IMG/VR virus record: IMGVR_UViG_3300046009_004019
Coordinates: 1 to 46,731 of that record
Strand: one strand, 5' to 3'
DNA: 46,731 nt
DNA from: a virus
Taxonomy: Duplodnaviria > Caudoviricetes
Shown: positions 43,517-46,731 of the stretch, in pieces
Layout of the letters: every line of letters begins with the position of its first letter
How positions within the stretch are numbered: position 1 is the first letter of the stretch
Made by a program: the position numbers and the translations under genes
The notes under the pieces: generated by a model
Seen by the model: only the letters and a program-made list of their open reading frames with translations
What the model was told of the DNA's origin: nothing
Database searches by the model: none

Positions 43517-43545
43517 TTGACTTTCGGGATTAAATATGCTAAAAT
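43517..43545 (+). promoter_or_regulatory. Sigma70 promoter upstream of terL
   Basis: TTGACT-N17-TAAAAT with extended -10 TG. Confidence 0.8.
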
Positions 43546-43719
43546 CGGAACAGTTTTTAGAGAAATGGATACACCCTGAGTTGGTCAGTGATGGGTAGGG
43601 ACACTCCGAAGGGTGTCCCCCCCGAGATAGGGTGGTGAGGAGTGAGGGGGCTGGGTGTAGAATGCTCCAGAATATGCTGAAACGGGGGCTATTGTCCCTG
43701 CATTTTGAGGTTTTCAGTC

Positions 43720-45219
43720 TTGAACATCACTCCCGAAATCCTGAATAAAGTCAAACAGTTACCGTTTGACCAGCAAAAAGAGATTCTGAAACTCCTAGAC
43801 GAGTACGAATCTGCTAAATCCAAGGAAGAGTGTCGGGAAAGGTTCATTCCGTTCGTGCAAAGGATGTGGCCGGGGTTCATTTCGGGTCGTCATCACCGGA
43901 TCATGGGTGAGAAGTTTGAGGAAATCGCCTCGGGTAAGTTGAAAAGGCTCATCATCTGCATGCCGCCTCGGCATACCAAGTCAGAATTCGGGTCTTATCT
44001 CTTTCCGTCATGGTTTTTGGGTAGGTTCCCACACAAAAAGGTCATTCAGACCTCGCACACTGCGGAACTCGCGGTAGGTTTTGGTAGAAAAGTCAGAAAC
44101 TTAGTGGATTCTGAGGACTACCACAGCGTTTTTCCGGATGTCGGACTCCGTGCTGACTCCAAAGCAGCCGGTCGCTGGAGTACATCCAAGGGTGGGGAGT
44201 ATTTCGCTATCGGTATCGGCGGTGCGGTGACCGGAAAGGGTGCCGATTTGCTGATCATCGACGATCCCCATGATGAACAGGAGGGTCAGTCCGCTGATCC
44301 GACCGTCTTTGACCATGCTTACGAGTGGTATACCTCCGGTCCTCGTCAGCGTCTCCAGCCGGGTGGGGCCATTGTCGTCATTTGTACCCGTTGGTCCAAA
44401 AGAGACTTGGTGGGTCAGGTCCTAAAAGCCTCTGCCATGCGAGAAGGGGTGGATGAATGGGAGGTGATTGAGTTCCCAGCGATCATGCCCTCAGGTCAAC
44501 CCCTCTGGCCCGAGTTCTGGCCCCTCCCAGAACTAGAAGCCATCCGCAACGAAATCCCAATTCACAAATGGCAGGCCCAGTACCAGCAAGATCCCACCTC
44601 CGAAGAAGGTGCGTTGATTAAACGCGAGTGGTGGAAGGTCTGGGAAGAGAGAAATCCCCCACAGTGTCAGTTTTTGATCCAGTCATGGGACACCGCCTTC
44701 TTAAAGAAGGAACGTGCCGACTACTCCGCCTGTACCACTTGGGGGGTTTTCTACCATCCAGACCAGAACGGGGCGATGCAACCGAATCTGATCCTGATGG
44801 ATGCCCTGAAGGAGAAGATGGAGTTCCCCACCCTGAAGAAACGGGCGTACGAACTCTATCAATACTGGAAACCCGAGACCTTGATCGTCGAAGCCAAGGC
44901 TGCTGGAACCCCTTTGATTTTTGAATTAAGGGCCATGGGCATACCGGTGGCTGAATACACCCCCTCTCGGGGTAACGACAAGATTGCTCGTGTGAATGCG
45001 GTGGCGGATCTTTTTGCGAGTGGCAAGATCTGGAGACCGCAGACCCGATTCGCTGAGGAAGTCGTAGAAGAATTTGCATCATTTCCCGCCGGGGAGCATG
45101 ATGACTATGTAGACTCAGGAACGCAGGCTCTTCTGAGATATCGGCGTGGAGGATTTATTTCTCTGCAGTCAGATGCTCAAGATGAACCCGTCTATAGACG
45201 CAAAGTGGAGTATTACTAA
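43720..45219 (+). CDS. terL: Terminase large subunit
   Basis: RLIICMPPRHTKSE, TGKGADLLIIDDP, QSWDTA, IVEAKAAG, FP.GEHDD.VDS. TTG start after GAGGT (track start 43705). Confidence 0.97.
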   Translation: MNITPEILNKVKQLPFDQQKEILKLLDEYESAKSKEECRERFIPFVQRMWPGFISGRHHRIMGEKFEEIASGKLKRLIICMPPRHTKSEFGSYLFPSWFLGRFPHKKVIQTSHTAELAVGFGRKVRNLVDSEDYHSVFPDVGLRADSKAAGRWSTSKGGEYFAIGIGGAVTGKGADLLIIDDPHDEQEGQSADPTVFDHAYEWYTSGPRQRLQPGGAIVVICTRWSKRDLVGQVLKASAMREGVDEWEVIEFPAIMPSGQPLWPEFWPLPELEAIRNEIPIHKWQAQYQQDPTSEEGALIKREWWKVWEERNPPQCQFLIQSWDTAFLKKERADYSACTTWGVFYHPDQNGAMQPNLILMDALKEKMEFPTLKKRAYELYQYWKPETLIVEAKAAGTPLIFELRAMGIPVAEYTPSRGNDKIARVNAVADLFASGKIWRPQTRFAEEVVEEFASFPAGEHDDYVDSGTQALLRYRRGGFISLQSDAQDEPVYRRKVEYY

Positions 45220-45443
45220 TGAAAGGTCGCACTGAAACGTCCGACAAGGCGATGGCTCCCAAGAGCCGCAAGCAGCCCAAGGACAAACTCAAAGGAAAGA
45301 TGTCGGGCATTGGTGAAGCGGCGATGGTCGCGGGTGCCAAGCGTCCGGTTAAGATGTACGGTGGCTCTATGGTTCCGGGAACCAAGGGCACCGCTCGCGG
45401 AATGGGCGCTGCCAAGAAAGGCGGCAAGTTCACCGATCTCTAA
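45219..45443 (+). CDS. Small basic protein (possible DNA-condensing internal protein)
   Basis: 74 aa, K-rich, ARGMGAAKKGGKF C-terminus; TAATG-coupled. Confidence 0.65.
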   Translation: MKGRTETSDKAMAPKSRKQPKDKLKGKMSGIGEAAMVAGAKRPVKMYGGSMVPGTKGTARGMGAAKKGGKFTDL

Positions 45444-45454
45444 GGAGATTCGAC

Positions 45455-46731
45455 GTGGCGGTTGATCGTGCATTGATGCCCTTCATAACCCAAGGGCAGG
45501 GGATGGAAATCTCGGTTCTCCCACCGGAGGACGATTCCATCATGGTGGAACTTCCCGATGGTGGGATGGAATTGCAACTCGGACCCGAGCAGCAAGCCGC
45601 CGCCCATGATGACAACCTAGCCCAGTACCTTGACGACAACACCCTATCGAACATAGCCACGGAACTCGTGGCCTTGTTTGATGCGGACAAAGATTCCCGT
45701 AAAGAATGGGAACAGACCTACATGAAAGGTCTGGATCTTCTTGGATTGAAGATCGAACAGCGAACTCAGCCATGGGACGGAGCCTGTGGCGTGTTCCACC
45801 CGATGCTCTCGGAAGCCGTCGTTCGCTTCCAAGCGCAGTCGATTCAGGAAATCTTTCCGGCTAAAGGCCCTGTTGAAACGAAGATCTTGGGTCAACAAAC
45901 CCCAGAGCGTATGCAACAGGCCATGCGCGTTCAGGACTATTTAAACTATCTCCTGACCGAGAACATGAGCGAGTATCGATCCGAAACGGAGAAGATGCTG
46001 TTCTCATTGGCGATTGCCGGATCGGCTTTCCGCAAAGCGTACTTTGATCCGAATCTCGGAAGACCCACTTCCATCTTCGTTCCCGCAGAGGATTTCGTGG
46101 TTTCTTATGGAACCCCGGATCTGTACACCTGCGAACGTGCTACGCATGTCATGAAGAAGACCCCCAATGAAGTTCGCAAACTTCAGGTGTCTGGCTTCTA
46201 TTTAGATGTGGAACTGGCGGAGCCGACTCCGGATATCAGCGATATCCAGAAGAAGTACGACAAGATGAATGGAGATGCGGCCATTGATCTAGATGGTCGC
46301 TACACGCTCCTTGAGATGATGATCGATTACGATCTTCCGGGATTTGAAGACACGATTGACGGGGAACCTTCGGGCATTGCGTTGCCCTATGTCATCACTA
46401 TCGACAAGGGTTCCCGCACGATTCTCTCCATTAGACGTAACTGGTACGAAGGCGATCCGCTCAAGAAGCGCCGCCAGCATTTCGTTCATTACGTTTATCT
46501 GCCGGGACTCGGCTTCTATGGTTTTGGTTTGGTCCACATCGTCGGTGGCTTGGCAAAATCCGCCACCTCCATCCTCCGCCAATTGGTCGATGCGGGAACC
46601 TTGTCTAACCTTCCGGGCGGATTGAAAACTCGCGGACTCCGGATCAAAGGCGACGACACACCCATCATGCCGGGTGAGTTCCGTGATGTGGACATTCCGT
46701 CCGGAACCCTACGCGAAAACATCACCTTCCT
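45455..46731 (+). CDS. Portal protein, 5' part (truncated by window end)
   Basis: GTG after AAGGAG; NLA.YL...D.DSRKEWE.TY.KGLDLLG...PW.GACGV.HP.L.EA.VRFQA...GFYG.GL...LRQLVDAGTLSNLPGG. Open to the window end. Confidence 0.92.
   Translation, partial: MAVDRALMPFITQGQGMEISVLPPEDDSIMVELPDGGMELQLGPEQQAAAHDDNLAQYLDDNTLSNIATELVALFDADKDSRKEWEQTYMKGLDLLGLKIEQRTQPWDGACGVFHPMLSEAVVRFQAQSIQEIFPAKGPVETKILGQQTPERMQQAMRVQDYLNYLLTENMSEYRSETEKMLFSLAIAGSAFRKAYFDPNLGRPTSIFVPAEDFVVSYGTPDLYTCERATHVMKKTPNEVRKLQVSGFYLDVELAEPTPDISDIQKKYDKMNGDAAIDLDGRYTLLEMMIDYDLPGFEDTIDGEPSGIALPYVITIDKGSRTILSIRRNWYEGDPLKKRRQHFVHYVYLPGLGFYGFGLVHIVGGLAKSATSILRQLVDAGTLSNLPGGLKTRGLRIKGDDTPIMPGEFRDVDIPSGTLRENITF

Larger units (their letters stand above)
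5941..45946. repeat. Dispersed over-represented octamer GTTTAAAY / RTTTAAAC
   Basis: 30 copies located by eye across both coding and intergenic DNA; see findings. Confidence 0.8.

Noticed and set aside
1-46731. tRNA genes, integrase/att site, alternative genetic code, spanins
   Set aside because: No cloverleaf or T-loop consensus, recombinase or lipobox-bearing lysis gene was recognised, and the long genes are intact in code 11. Some could lie in the missing part of the genome.

Overview
Most of a tailed dsDNA phage genome with podovirus-type organisation: a P22/HTVC010P-like portal, a nozzle, internal/ejection proteins, and no tape measure or major tail gene. The window starts inside a glycine-rich tail adhesin gene and ends inside the portal gene, so the capsid/scaffold block is missing. 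Layout: (+) tail adhesin, lysis, ejection and a 2818-aa polyvalent protein (1-28.8 kb); (-) middle/recombination genes (28.9-35.1 kb); (+) RusA, an AT-rich origin and a T7-gp4-like primase-helicase (35.1-37.8 kb); (-) early genes including a SprT/MoxR/vWA module (37.9-42.5 kb); (+) terS, terL and portal (42.6 kb to end). No integrase, repressor, DNA polymerase, tRNA or CRISPR array was recognised. Signals not explained by the gene list: (1) a strongly over-represented, fairly evenly dispersed octamer GTTTAAAY (30 copies counted by eye), with variants at promoters; (2) a complete type II hammerhead ribozyme in the early region; (3) a 3'-UTR hairpin whose loop is complementary to a GGAGARCAG leader shared by five early/replication genes; (4) a structured ~200-nt early leader RNA; (5) an injected polyvalent protein whose ART-like and HhH-like modules are bounded by a repeated IRESR junction; (6) GGKG-repeat low-complexity internal proteins next to a GNAT; (7) near-total avoidance of AGCT. 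All family calls come from motif recognition by eye and all counts are manual.
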